In this document: in pieces, positions 51,901 through 63,900 of the stretch
Numbering within the stretch: the first letter of the stretch is position 1
Layout of the letters: each line of letters opens with the position of its first letter
Assembly (NCBI GenBank): GCA_964016885.1
Contig: OZ024743.1
Coordinates: forward strand, 24,738,001-24,802,000
DNA from: Eledone cirrhosa
Taxonomy: Eukaryota
Reading direction: 5' to 3'
Length of the DNA: 64,000 nt
The notes under the pieces: generated by a model
What the model was told of the DNA's origin: nothing
Databases searched by the model: none
What the model saw: the letters and a program-made list of their open reading frames with translations, nothing else
Position numbers and translations under genes: made by a program

Positions 51901-54299
51901 CAACCTTGTTTGCCGTAGTTAACAGTGCTGACAGTTGGTTCTGTCCCTCCTCAGTCATCCCAACCTTGTTTGCTGTAGTTAACAGTGCTGACAGTTGGTT
52001 CTGTCCCTCCTCAGTCATACCAACCTTGTTTGCTGTAGTTAACAGTGCTGACAGTTGGTTCTGTCCCTCCTCAGTCATCTCAACCTTGTTTGCTGTAGTT
52101 AACTGTGCTGGCAGTTGGTTCTGTCCCTCCTCAGTCATCCCAACCTTGTTTGCTGTAGTTAACAGTGCTGACAGTTGGTTCTGTCCCTCCTCAGTCATCC
52201 CAACCTTGTTTGCTGTAGTTAACTGTGCTGACAGTTGGTTCTGTCCCTCCTCAGTCATCTCAATCTTGTTTGCTGTAGTTAACAGTGCTGACAGTTGGTT
52301 CTGTCCCTCCTCAGTCATCCCAAACTTGTTTGCTGTAGTTAACTGTGCTGACAGTTGGTTCTGTCCCTCCTCGGTCATCCCAACCTTGTTTGCTGTAGTT
52401 AACAGTGCTGACAGTTGGTTCTGTCCCTCCTCAGTCATCCCAACCTTGTTTGCTGTAGTTAACTGTGCTGACAGTTGGTTCTGTCCCTCCTCAGTCATCC
52501 CAACCTTGTTTGCTGTAGTTAACAGTGCTGACAGTTGGTTCTGTCCCTCCTCAGTCATCCCAACCTTGTTTGCTGTAGTTAACAGTGCTGACAGTTGGTT
52601 CTGTCCCTCCTCAGTCATCCCAACCTTGTTTGCTGTAGTCAACAGTGCTGACAGTTGGTTCTGTCCCTCCTCAGTCATCCCAACCTTGTTTGCTGTAGTT
52701 AACTGTGCTGACAGTTGGTTCTGTCCCTCCTTAGTCATCCCAACCTTGTTTGCTGTAGTTAACAGTGCTGACAGTTGGTTCTGTCCCTCCTCAGTCATCT
52801 CAACCTTGTTTGCTGTAGTTAACTGTGCTGACAGTTGGTTCTGTCCCTCCTCAGTCATCCCAACCTTGTTTGCTGTAGTTAACAGTGCTGACAGTTGGTT
52901 CTGTCCCTCCGCAGTCATCCCAACCTTGTTTGCTGTAGTTAGCTGTGCTGACAATTGGTTCTGTCCCTCCTCAGTCATCTCAACCTCCTTTGCTGTAGTT
53001 AACTGTGCTGACAGTTGGTTCTGTCCCTCCTCAGTCATCTCAACCTTGTTTGCTGTAGTTAACTGTGCTGACAGTTGGTTCTGTCCCTCCTCAGTCATCC
53101 CAACCTTGTTTGCTGTAGTTAAATGTGCTGACAGTTGGTTCTGTCCCTCCTCAGTCATCTCAACCTTGTTTGCTGTAGTTAACTGTGCTGACAGTTGGTT
53201 CTGTCCCTCCTCAGTCATCCCAACCTTGTTTGCTGTAGTTAACAGTGCTGACAGTTGGTTCTGTCCCTCCTCAGTCATCCCAACCTTGTTTGCTGTAGTT
53301 AACTATGCTGACAGTTGGTTCTGTCCCTCCTCAGTCATCTCAACCTTGTTTGCTGTAGTTAACTGTGCTGACAGTTGGTTCTGTCCCTCCTCAGTCATCC
53401 CAACCTTGTTTGCTGTAGTTAACAGTGCTGACAGTTGCTTCTGTCCCTCCTCAGTCATCCCAACCTTGTTTGCTGTAGTTAACTGTGCTGACAGTTGGTT
53501 CTGTCCCTCCTCAGTCAGCCCAACCTTGTTTGCTGTAGTTAACAGTGCTGACAGTTGGTTCTGTCCCTCCTCAGTCATCTCAACCTTGTTTGCTGTAGTT
53601 AACTGTGCTGACAGTTGGTTCTGTCCCTCCTCAGTCATCTCAACCTTCTTTGCTGTAGTTAACTGTGCTGACAGTTTGTTCTGTCCCTCCTTAGTCATCC
53701 CAACCTTGTTTGCTGTAGTTAACTGTGCTGACAGTTGGTTCTGTCCCTCCTCAGTCATCCCAACCTTGTTTGCTGTAGTTAACTGTGCTGACAGTTGGTT
53801 CTGTCCCTCATCAGTGATCCCAACCTTGTTTGCTGTAGTTAACTGTGCTGACAGTTGGTTCTGTCCCTCCTCAGTCATCCCAAACTTGATTTCTGTAGTT
53901 AACTGTGCTGACAGTTGGTTCTGTCTCTCCTCAGTCGTCCCAACCTTGTTTGCTGTAGTTAACTGTGCTGACAGTTGGTTCTGTCCTTCCTCAGTCATCC
54001 CAACCTTGATTTCTGTAGTTAACTGTGCTGACGGTTGGTTCTGTCCTTCCTCAGTCATCCCAACCTTGATTTCTGTAGTTAACTGTGCTGACAGTTGGTT
54101 CTGTCCTTCCTCAGTCATCCCAACCTTGATTTCTGTAGTTAACTGTGCTGACAGTTGGTTCTGTCCCTCCTCAGTCATCCCAACCTTGATTTCTGTAGTT
54201 AACTGTGCTGACAGTTGGTTCTGTCCTTCCTCAGTCATCCCAACCTTGATTTCTGTAGTTAACTGTGCTGACAGTTGGTTCTGTCCTTCCTCAGTCATC

Positions 54300-57200
54300 C
54301 CAACCTTGATTTCTGTAGTTAACTGTGCTGACAGTTGGTTCTGTCCCTCCTCAGTCATCCCAACCTTGATTTCTGTAGTTAACTGTGCTGACAGTTGGTT
54401 CTGTCCTTCCTCAGTCATCCCAACCTTGATTTCTGTAGTTAACTGTGCTGACAGTTGGTTCTGTCCCTCCTCAGTCATCCCAACCTTGATTTCTGTAGTT
54501 AACTGTGCTGACAGTTGGTTCTGTCCTTCCTCAGTCATCCCAACCTTGATTTCTGTAGTTAACTGTGCTGACAGTTGGTTCTGTCCTTCCTCAGTCATCC
54601 CAACCTTGATTTCTGTAGTTAACAGTGCTGACAGTTGGTTCTGTCCCTCCTCAGTCATCCCAACCTTGATTTCTGTAGTTAACTGTGCTGACAGTTGGTT
54701 CTGTCTCTCCTCAGTCGTCCCAACCTTGTTTCCTGTAGTTAACTGTGCTGACAGTTGGTTCTGTCCTTCCTCAGTCATCCCAACCTTATTTGCTGTAGTT
54801 AACTGTTCTGACAGTTGGTTCTGTCCCTCCTCAGTCATCCCAACCTTGTTTGCTGTAGTTAACTGTTCTGACAGTTGGTTCTGTCCCTCCTCAGTCATCC
54901 CAACCTTGTTTGCTGTAGTTAACTCTGCTGACAGTTGGTTCTGTCCCTCCTCAGTCATCCCAACCTTGTTTGCTGTAGTTAACTGTGCTGACAGTTGGTT
55001 CTGTCCCTCCTCAGTCATTCCAACCTTGTTTGCTCTAGTTAACTGTGCTGACAGTTGGTTCTGTCCTTCCTCAGTCATCCCAACCTTGTTTGCTGTAGTT
55101 AACTGTGCTGACAGTTGGTTCTGTCCCTCCTCAGTCATCCCAACCTTGTTTGCTGTAGTTAACTGTTCTGACAGTTGGTTCTGTCCTTCCTCAGTCATCC
55201 CAACCTTGTTTGCTGTAGTTAACTGTTCTGACAGTTGGTTCTGTCCCTCCTCTGTCATCCCAACCTTGTTTGCTGTAGTTAACTGTTCTGACAGTTGGTT
55301 CTGTCCCTCCTCAGTCATCCCAACCTTGTTTGCTGTAGTTAACTCTGCTGACAGTTGGTTCTGTCCCTCCTCATTCATCCCAACCTTGTTTGCTGTAGTT
55401 AACTGTGCTGACAGTTGGTTCTGTCCCTCCTCAGTCATCCCAACCTTGTTTGCTGTAGTTAACTGTGCTGACAGTTGGTTCTGTCCTTCCTCAGTCATCC
55501 CAACCTTGTTTGCTGTAGTTAACTGTGCTGACAGTTGGTTCTGTCCCTCCTCAGTCATCCCAACCTTGTTTGCTGTAGTTAACTGTTCTGACAGTTGGTT
55601 CTGTCCCTCCTCAGTCATCCCAACCTTGTTTGCTGTAGTTAACTGTGCTGACAGTTGGTTCTGTCCCTCCTCAGTCATCCCAACCTTGTTTGCTGTAGTT
55701 AACTGTGCTGACAGTTGGTTCTGTCCCTCCTCAGTCATCCCAACCTTGTTTGCTGTAGTTAACAGTGCTGACAGTTGGTTCTATCCCTCCTCAGTCATCC
55801 CACCTTGTTTGCTGTAGTTAACAGTGCTGACAGTTGGTTCTGTCCCTCCTCAGTCATCCCAACCTTGTTTGCTGTAGTTAACTGTGCTGACAGTTGGTTC
55901 TGTCCCTCCTCAGTCATCCCAACCTTGTTTGCTGTAGTTAACTGTGCTGACAGTTGGTTCTGTCCCTCCTCTGTCATCCCAACCTTGTTTGCTGTAGTTA
56001 ACAGTGCTGACAGTTGGTTCTGTCCCTCCTCAGTCATCTCAACCTTGTTTGCTGTAGTTAACTGTGCTGACAGTTGGTTCTGTCCCTCCTCAGTCATCTC
56101 AACCTTGTTTGCTGTAGTTAACAGTGCTGACAGTTGGTTCTGTCCCTCCTCAGTCATCCCAACCTTTTTTGCTGTAGTTAACTGTGCTGACAGTTGGTTC
56201 TGTCCCTCCTCGGTCATCTCAACCTTGTTTGCTGTAGTTAACAGTGCTGACAGTTGGTTCTGTCCTTCCTCAGTCATCCCAACCTTGATTTCTGTAGTTA
56301 ACTGTGCTGACAGTTGGTTCTGTCCCTCCTCAGTCATCCCAACCTTGATTTCTGTAGTTAACTGTGCTGACAGTTGGTTCTGTCCTTCCTCAGTCATCCC
56401 AACCTTGATTTCTGTAGTTAACTGTGCTGACAGTTGGTTCTGTCCCTCCTCAGTCATCCCAACCTTGATTTCTGTAGTTAACTGTGCTGACAGTTGGTTC
56501 TGTCCTTCCTCAGTCATCCCAACCTTGATTTCTGTAGTTAACTGTGCTGACAGTTGGTTCTGTCCTTCCTCAGTCATCCCAACCTTGATTTCTGTAGTTA
56601 ACAGTGCTGACAGTTGGTTCTGTCCCTCCTCAGTCATCCCAACCTTGATTTCTGTAGTTAACTGTGCTGACAGTTGGTTCTGTCTCTCCTCAGTCGTCCC
56701 AACCTTGTTTGCTGTAGTTAACTGTGCTGACAGTTGGTTCTGTCCTTCCTCAGTCATCCCAACCTTGTTTGCTGTAGTTAACTGTTCTGACAGTTGGTTC
56801 TGTCCCTCCTCAGTCATCCCAACCTTGTTTGCTGTAGTTAACTGTTCTGACAGTTGGTTCTGTCCCTCCTCAGTCATCCCAACCTTGTTTGCTGTAGTTA
56901 ACTCTGCTGACAGTTGGTTCTGTCCCTCCTCAGTCATCCCAACCTTGTTTGCTGTAGTTAACTGTGCTGACAGTTGGTTCTGTCCCTCCTCAGTCATTCC
57001 AACCTTGTTTGCTCTAGTTAACTGTGCTGACAGTTGGTTCTGTCCTTCCTCAGTCATCCCAACCTTGTTTGCTGTAGTTAACTGTGCTGACAGTTGGTTC
57101 TGTCCCTCCTCAGTCATCCCAACCTTGTTTGCTGTAGTTAACTGTTCTGACAGTTGGTTCTGTCCTTCCTCAGTCATCCCAACCTTGTTTGCTGTAGTTA

Positions 57201-60200
57201 ACTGTTCTGACAGTTGGTTCTGTCCCTCCTCTGTCATCCCAACCTTGTTTGCTGTAGTTAACTGTTCTGACAGTTGGTTCTGTCCCTCCTCAGTCATCCC
57301 AACCTTGTTTGCTGTAGTTAACTCTGCTGACAGTTGGTTCTGTCCCTCCTCAGTCATCCCAACCTTGTTTGCTGTAGTTAACTGTGCTGACAGTTGGTTC
57401 TGTCCCTCCTCAGTCATCCCAACCTTGTTTGCTGTAGTTAACTGTGCTGACAGTTGGTTCTGTCCTTCCTCAGTCATCCCAACCTTGTTTGCTGTAGTTA
57501 ACTGTGCTGACAGTTGGTTCTGTCCCTCCTCAGTCATCCCAACCTTGTTTGCTGTAGTTAACTGTTCTGACAGTTGGTTCTGTCCCTCCTCAGTCATCCC
57601 AACCTTGTTTGCTGTAGTTAACTGTGCTGACAGTTGGTTCTGTCCCTCCTCAGTCATCCCAACCTTGTTTGCTGTAGTTAACTGTGCTGACAGTTGGTTC
57701 TGTCCCTCCTCAGTCATCCCAACCTTGTTTGCTGTAGTTAACAGTGCTGACAGTTGGTTCTATCCCTCCTCAGTCATCCCACCTTGTTTGCTGTAGTTAA
57801 CAGTGCTGACAGTTGGTTCTGTCCCTCCTCAGTCATCCCAACCTTGTTTGCTGTAGTTAACTGTGCTGACAGTTGGTTCTGTCCCTCCTCAGTCATCCCA
57901 ACCTTGTTTGCTGTAGTTAACTGTGCTGACAGTTGGTTCTGTCCCTCCTCTGTCATCCCAACCTTGTTTGCTGTAGTTAACAGTGCTGACAGTTGGTTCT
58001 GTCCCTCCTCAGTCATCTCAACCTTGTTTGCTGTAGTTAACTGTGCTGACAGTTGGTTCTGTCCCTCCTCAGTCATCTCAAGCTTGTTTGCTGTAGTTAA
58101 CAGTGCTGACAGTTGGTTCTGTCCCTCCTCAGTCATCCCAACCTTTTTTGCTGTAGTTAACTGTGCTGACAGTTGGTTCTGTCCCTCCTCGGTCATCTCA
58201 ACCTTGTTTGCTGTAGTTAACAGTGCTGACAGTTGGTTCTGTCCTTCCTCAGTCATCCCAACCTTGTTTGCTGTAGTTAACTGTGCTGACAGTTGGTTCT
58301 GTCCCTCCTCGGTCATCTCAACCTTGTTTGCTGTAGTTAACTGTGCTGACAGTTGGTTCTGTCCCTCCTCAGTCATCTCAACCTTGTTTGCTGTAGTTAA
58401 CTGTGCGGACAGTTGGTTCTGTCCCTCCTCAGTCATGCCAACCTTGTTTGCTGTATTTAACAGTGCTGACAGTTGGTTCTGTCCCTCCTCAGTCATCCCA
58501 ACCTTGTTTGCTGTAGCTAACAGTGCTGACAGTTGGTTCTGTCCCTCCTCAGTCATCCCAACCTTGTTTGCTTTAGTTAACTGTGCTGACAGTTGGTTCT
58601 GTCCATCCTCAGTCATCTCAACCTTGTTTGCTGTAGTTAACTCTGCTGACAGTTGGTTCTGTCCCTCCTCAGTCATCCCAACCTTGATTTCTGTAGTTAA
58701 CTGTGCTGACAGTTGGTTCTGTCCTTCCTCAGTCATCCCAACCTTGATTTCTGTAGTTAACTGTGCTGACAGTTGGTTCTGTCCTTCCTCAGTCATCCCA
58801 ACCTTGATTTCTGTAGTTAACAGTGCTGACAGTTGGTTCTGTCCCTCCTCAGTCATCCCAACCTTGATTTCTGTAGTTAACTGTGCTGACAGTTGGTTCT
58901 GTCCCTCCTCAGTCATCTCAACCTTGTTTGCTGTAGTTAACTGTTCTGACAGTTGGTTCTGTCCCTCCTCAGTCATCCCAACCTTGTTTGCTGTAGTTAA
59001 CTGTTCTGACAGTTGGTTCTGTCCCTCCTCAGTCATCCCAACCTTGTTTGCTGTAGTTAACTCTGCTGACAGTTGGTTCTGTCCCTCCTCAGTCATCCCA
59101 ACCTTGTTTGCTGTAGTTAACTGTGCTGACAGTTGGTTCTGTCCCTCCTCAGTCATTCCAACCTTGTTTGCTCTAGTTAACTGTGCTGACAGTTGGTTCT
59201 GTCCTTCCTCAGTCATCCCAACCTTGTTTGCTGTAGTTAACTGTGCTGACAGTTGGTTCTGTCCCTCCTCAGTCATCCCAACCTTGTTTGCTGTAGTTAA
59301 CTGTTCTGACAGTTGGTTCTGTCCTTCCTCAGTCATCCCAACCTTGTTTGCTGTAGTTAACTGTTCTGACAGTTGGTTCTGTCCCTCCTCTGTCATCCCA
59401 ACCTTGTTTGCTGTAGTTAACTGTTCTGACAGTTGGTTCTGTCCCTCCTCAGTCATCCCAACCTTGTTTGCTGTAGTTAACTCTGCTGACAGTTGGTTCT
59501 GTCCCTCCTCAGTCATCCCAACCTTGTTTGCTGTAGTTAACTGTGCTGACAGTTGGTTCTGTCCCTCCTCAGTCATCCCAACCTTGTTTGCTGTAGTTAA
59601 CTGTGCTGACAGTTGGTTCTGTCCTTCCTCAGTCATCCCAACCTTGTTTGCTGTAGTTAACTGTGCTGACAGTTGGTTCTGTCCCTCCTCAGTCATCCCA
59701 ACCTTGTTGTGCTGTAGTTAACTGTTCTGACAGTTGGTTCTGTCCCTCCTCAGTCATCCCAACCTTGTTTGCTGTAGTTAACTGTGCTGACAGTTGGTTC
59801 TGTCCCTCCTCAGTCATCCCAACCTTGTTTGCTGTAGTTAACTGTGCTGACAGTTGGTTCTGTCCCTCCTCAGTCATCCCAACCTTGTTTGCTGTAGTTA
59901 ACAGTGCTGACAGTTGGTTCTATCCCTCCTCAGTCATCCCACCTTGTTTGCTGTAGTTAACAGTGCTGACAGTTGGTTCTGTCCCTCCTCAGTCATCCCA
60001 ACCTTGTTTGCTGTAGTTAACTGTGCTGACAGTTGGTTCTGTCCCTCCTCAGTCATCCCAACCTTGTTTGCTGTAGTTAACTGTGCTGACAGTTGGTTCT
60101 GTCCCTCCTCTGTCATCCCAACCTTGTTTGCTGTAGTTAACAGTGCTGACAGTTGGTTCTGTCCCTCCTCAGTCATCTCAACCTTGTTTGCTGTAGTTAA

Positions 60201-60900
60201 CTGTGCTGACAGTTGGTTCTGTCCCTCCTCAGTCATCTCAAGCTTGTTTGCTGTAGTTAACAGTGCTGACAGTTGGTTCTGTCCCTCCTCAGTCATCCCA
60301 ACCTTTTTTGCTGTAGTTAACTGTGCTGACAGTTGGTTCTGTCCCTCCTCGGTCATCTCCACCTTGTTTGCTGTAGTTAACAGTGCTGACAGTTGGTTCT
60401 GTCCTTCCTCAGTCATCCCAACCGTGTTTGCTGTAGTTAACTGTGCTGACAGTTGGTTCTGTCCCTCCTCGGTCATCTCAACCTTGTTTGCTGTAGTTAA
60501 CAGTGCTGACAGTTGGTTCTGTCCCTCCTCGGTCATCTCAACCTTGTTTGCTGTAGTTAACTGTGCTGACAGTTGGTTCTGTCCCTCCTCAGTCATCTCA
60601 ACCTTGTTTGCTGTAGTTAACTGTGCGGACAGTTGGTTCTGTCCCTCCTCAGTCATGCCAACCTTGTTTGCTGTATTTAACAGTGCTGACAGTTGGTTCT
60701 GTCCCTCCTCAGTCATCCCAACCTTGTTTGCTGTAGTTAACAGTGCTGACAGTTGGTTCTGTCCCTCCTCAGTCATCCCAACCTTGTTTGCTTTAGTTAA
60801 CTGTGCTGACAGTTGGTTCTGTCCCTCCTCAGTCATCTCAACCTTGTTTGCTGTAGTTAACTCTGCTGACAGTTGGTTCTGTCCCTCCTCAGTCATCCCA
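54300..60900 (+). repeat. Series of ~2-kb higher-order units (periods 1,979 and 2,160 bp) delimited by a 59-bp monomer
   Basis: A 59-bp monomer with CTATCC...CATCCCACC occurs at ~55800, ~57780 and ~59940 (also ~51000). Shared markers are CATTCC+GCTCTAG, CTCTGTC and CCTTTTTT. ORF starts are 55775, 57754 and 59914. Confidence 0.85.
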
Positions 60901-63900
60901 ACCTTGTTTGCCGTAGTTAACAGTGCTGACAGTTGGTTCTGTCCCTCCTCAGTCATCCCAACCTTGTTTGCTGTAGTTAACAGTGCTGACAGTTGGTTCT
61001 GTCCCTCCTCAGTCATCCCAACCTTGTTTGCTGTAGTTAACTGTGCTGACAGTTGGTTCTGTCCCTCCTTAGTCATCCCAACCTTGTTTGCTGTAGTTTA
61101 CTGTGCTGACAGTTGGTTCTGTCCCTCCTCAGTCATCTCAATCTTGTTTGCTGTAGTTAACTGGGCTGACAGTTGGTTCTGTCCCTCCTCAGTCATCTCA
61201 ACCTCCTTTGCTGTAGTTAACTGTGCTGACAGTTGGTTCTGTCCCTCCTCAGTCATCTCAACCTTGTTTGCTGTAGTTAACTGTGCTGACAGTTGGTTCT
61301 GTCCCTCCTCAGTCATCCAAACCTTGTTTGCTGAGTTAAATGTGCTGACAGTTGGTTCTGTCCCTCCTGAGTCATCTCAACCTTGTTTGCTGTAGTTAAC
61401 TGTGTTGACAGCTGGTTCTGTCCCTCCTCAGTCATCCCAACCTTGTTTGCTGTAGTTAACAGTGCTGACAGTTGGTTCTGTCCCTCCTCAGTCATCCCAA
61501 CCTTGTTTGCTGTAGTTAACTGTGCTGACAGTTGGTTCTGTCCTTCCTCAGTCATCTCAACCTTGTTTGCTGTAGTTAACTGTGCTGACAGTTGGTTCTG
61601 TCCCTCCTCAGTCATCTCAACCTTGTTTGCTGTAGTTAACTGTGCTGACAGTTGGTTCTGTCCCTCCTCAGTCATCCCAACCTTGTTTGCTGTAGTTAAC
61701 AGTGCTGACAGTTGGTTCTGTCCCTCCTCAGTCATACCAACCTTGTTTGCTGTAGTTAACAGTGCTGACAGTTGGTTCTGTCCCTCCTCAGTCATCTCAA
61801 CCTTGTTTGCTGTAGTTAACTGTGCTGACAGTTGGTTCTGTCCCTCCTCAGTCATCCCAACCTTGTTTGCTGTAGTTAACAGTGCTGACAGTTGGTTCTG
61901 TCCCTCCTCAGTCATCCCAACCTTGTTTGCTGTAGTTAACTGTGCTGACAGTTGGTTCTGTCCCTCCTCAGTCATCTCAATCTTGTTTGCTGTAGTTAAC
62001 TGTGCTGACAGTTGGTTCTGTCCCTCCTCAGTCATCCCAACCTTGTTTGCTGTAGTTAACTGTGCTGACAGTTGGTTCTGTCCCTCCTCGGTCATCCCAA
62101 CCTTGTTTGCTGTAGTTAACAGTGCTGACAGTTGGTTCTGTCCCTCCTCAGTCATCTCAACCTTGTTTGCTGTAGTTAACTGTGCTGACAGTTGGTTCTG
62201 TCCCTCCTCAGTCATCCCAACCTTGTTTGCTGTAGTTAACAGTGCTGACAGTTGGTTCTGTCCCTCCTCAGTCATCCCAACCTTGTTTGCTGTAGTTAAC
62301 AGTGCTGACAGTTGGTTCTGTCCCTCCTCAGTCATCCCAACCTTGTTTGCTCTAGTTAACAGTGCTGACAGTTGGTTCTGTCCCTCCTCAGTCATCTCAA
62401 CCTTGTTTGCTGTAGTTAACTGTGCTGACAGTTGGTTCTGTCCCTCCTCAGTCATCTCAACCTTGTTTGCTGTAGTTAACTGTGCTGACAGTTGGTTCTG
62501 TCCCTCCTCAGTCATCCCAACCTTGTTTGCTGTAGTTAACAGTGCTGACAGTTGGTTCTGTCCCTCCTCAGTCATCCCAACCTTGTTTGCTGTAGTTAAC
62601 AGTGCTGACAGTTGGTTCTGTCCCTCCTCAGTCATCCCAACCTTGTTTGCTGTAGTTAACTGTGCTGACAGTTGGTTCTGTCCCTCCTTAGTCATCCCAA
62701 CCTTGTTTGCTGTAGTTAACAGTGCTGACAGTTGGTTCTGTCCCTCCTCAGTCTTCTCAACCTTGTTTGCTGTAGTTAACTGTGCTGACAGTTGGTTCTG
62801 TCCCTCCTCAGTCATCCCAACCTTGTTTGCTGTAGTTAACAGTGCTGACAGTTGGTTCTGTCCCTCCGCAGTCATCCCAACCTTGTTTGCTGTAGTTAGA
62901 TGTGCTGACAGTTGGTTCTGTCCATCCTCAGTCATCTCAACCTCCTTTGCTGTAGTTAACTGTGCTGACAGTTGGTTCTGTCCCTCCTCAGTCATCTCAA
63001 CCTTGTTTGCTGTAGTTAACTGTGCTGACAGTTGGTTCTGTCCCTCCTCAGTCATCCCAGCCTTGTTTGCTGTAGTTAAATGTGCTGACAGTTGGTTCTG
63101 TCCCTCCTCAGTCATCTCAACCTTGTTTGCTGTTGTTAACTGTGCTGACAGTTGGTTCTGTCCCTCCTCAGTCATCCCAACCTTGTTTGCTGTAGTTAAC
63201 AGTGCTGACAGTTGGTTCTGTCCCTCCTCAGTCATCCCAACCTTGTTTGCTGTAGTTAACTGTGCTGACAGTTGGTTCTGTCCCTCCTCAGTCATCTCAA
63301 CCTTGTTTGCTGTAGTTAACTGTGCTGACAGTTGGTTCTGTCCCTCCTCAGTCATCCCAACCTTGTTTGCTGTAGTTAACAGTGCTGACAGTTGGTTCTG
63401 TCCCTCCTCAGTCATCCCAACCTTGTTTGCTGTAGTTAACTGTGCTGACAGTTGGTTCTGTCCCTCCTCAGTCAGCCCAACCTTGTTTGCTGTAGTTAAC
63501 AGTGCTGACAGTTGGTTCTGTCCCTCCTCAGTCATCTCAACCTTGTTTGCTGTAGTTAACTGTGCTGACAGTTGGTTCTGTCCCTCCTCAGTCATCCCAA
63601 CCTTGTTTGCTGTAGTTAACAGTGCTGACAGTTGGTTCTGTCCCTCCTCAGTCATCCCAACCTTGTTTGCTTTAGTTAACTGTGCTGACAGTTGGTTCTG
63701 TCCCTCCTCAGTCATCTCAACCTTGTTTGCTGTAGTTAACTCTGCTGACAGTTGGTTCTGTCCCTCCTCAGTCATCCCAACCTTGTTTGCCGTAGTTAAC
63801 AGTGCTGACAGTTGGTTCTGTCCCTCCTCAGTCATCCCAACCTTGTTTGCTGTAGTTAACAGTGCTGACAGTTGGTTCTGTCCCTCCTCAGTCATCCCAA

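Larger units (their letters stand above)
29990..58875 (+). repeat. Monomer sub-family with TTGATTTCT in place of TTGTTTGCT, forming homogeneous runs of about 4-12 copies
   Basis: Runs lie at ~31435-32105, 34860-35290, 37500-38170, 40920-41350, 43920-44355, 45720-46395, 48000-48675, 49620-50235, 54000-54675, 56280-56655 and 58680-58875. The variant is absent before 29990 and after 58875. Confidence 0.92.

Noticed and set aside
59704-59713. Extra G (TTGTTGTGCT) as a lineage marker
   Set aside because: It is a singleton absent from sister units at ~55560 and ~57540 and may be a sequencing error.
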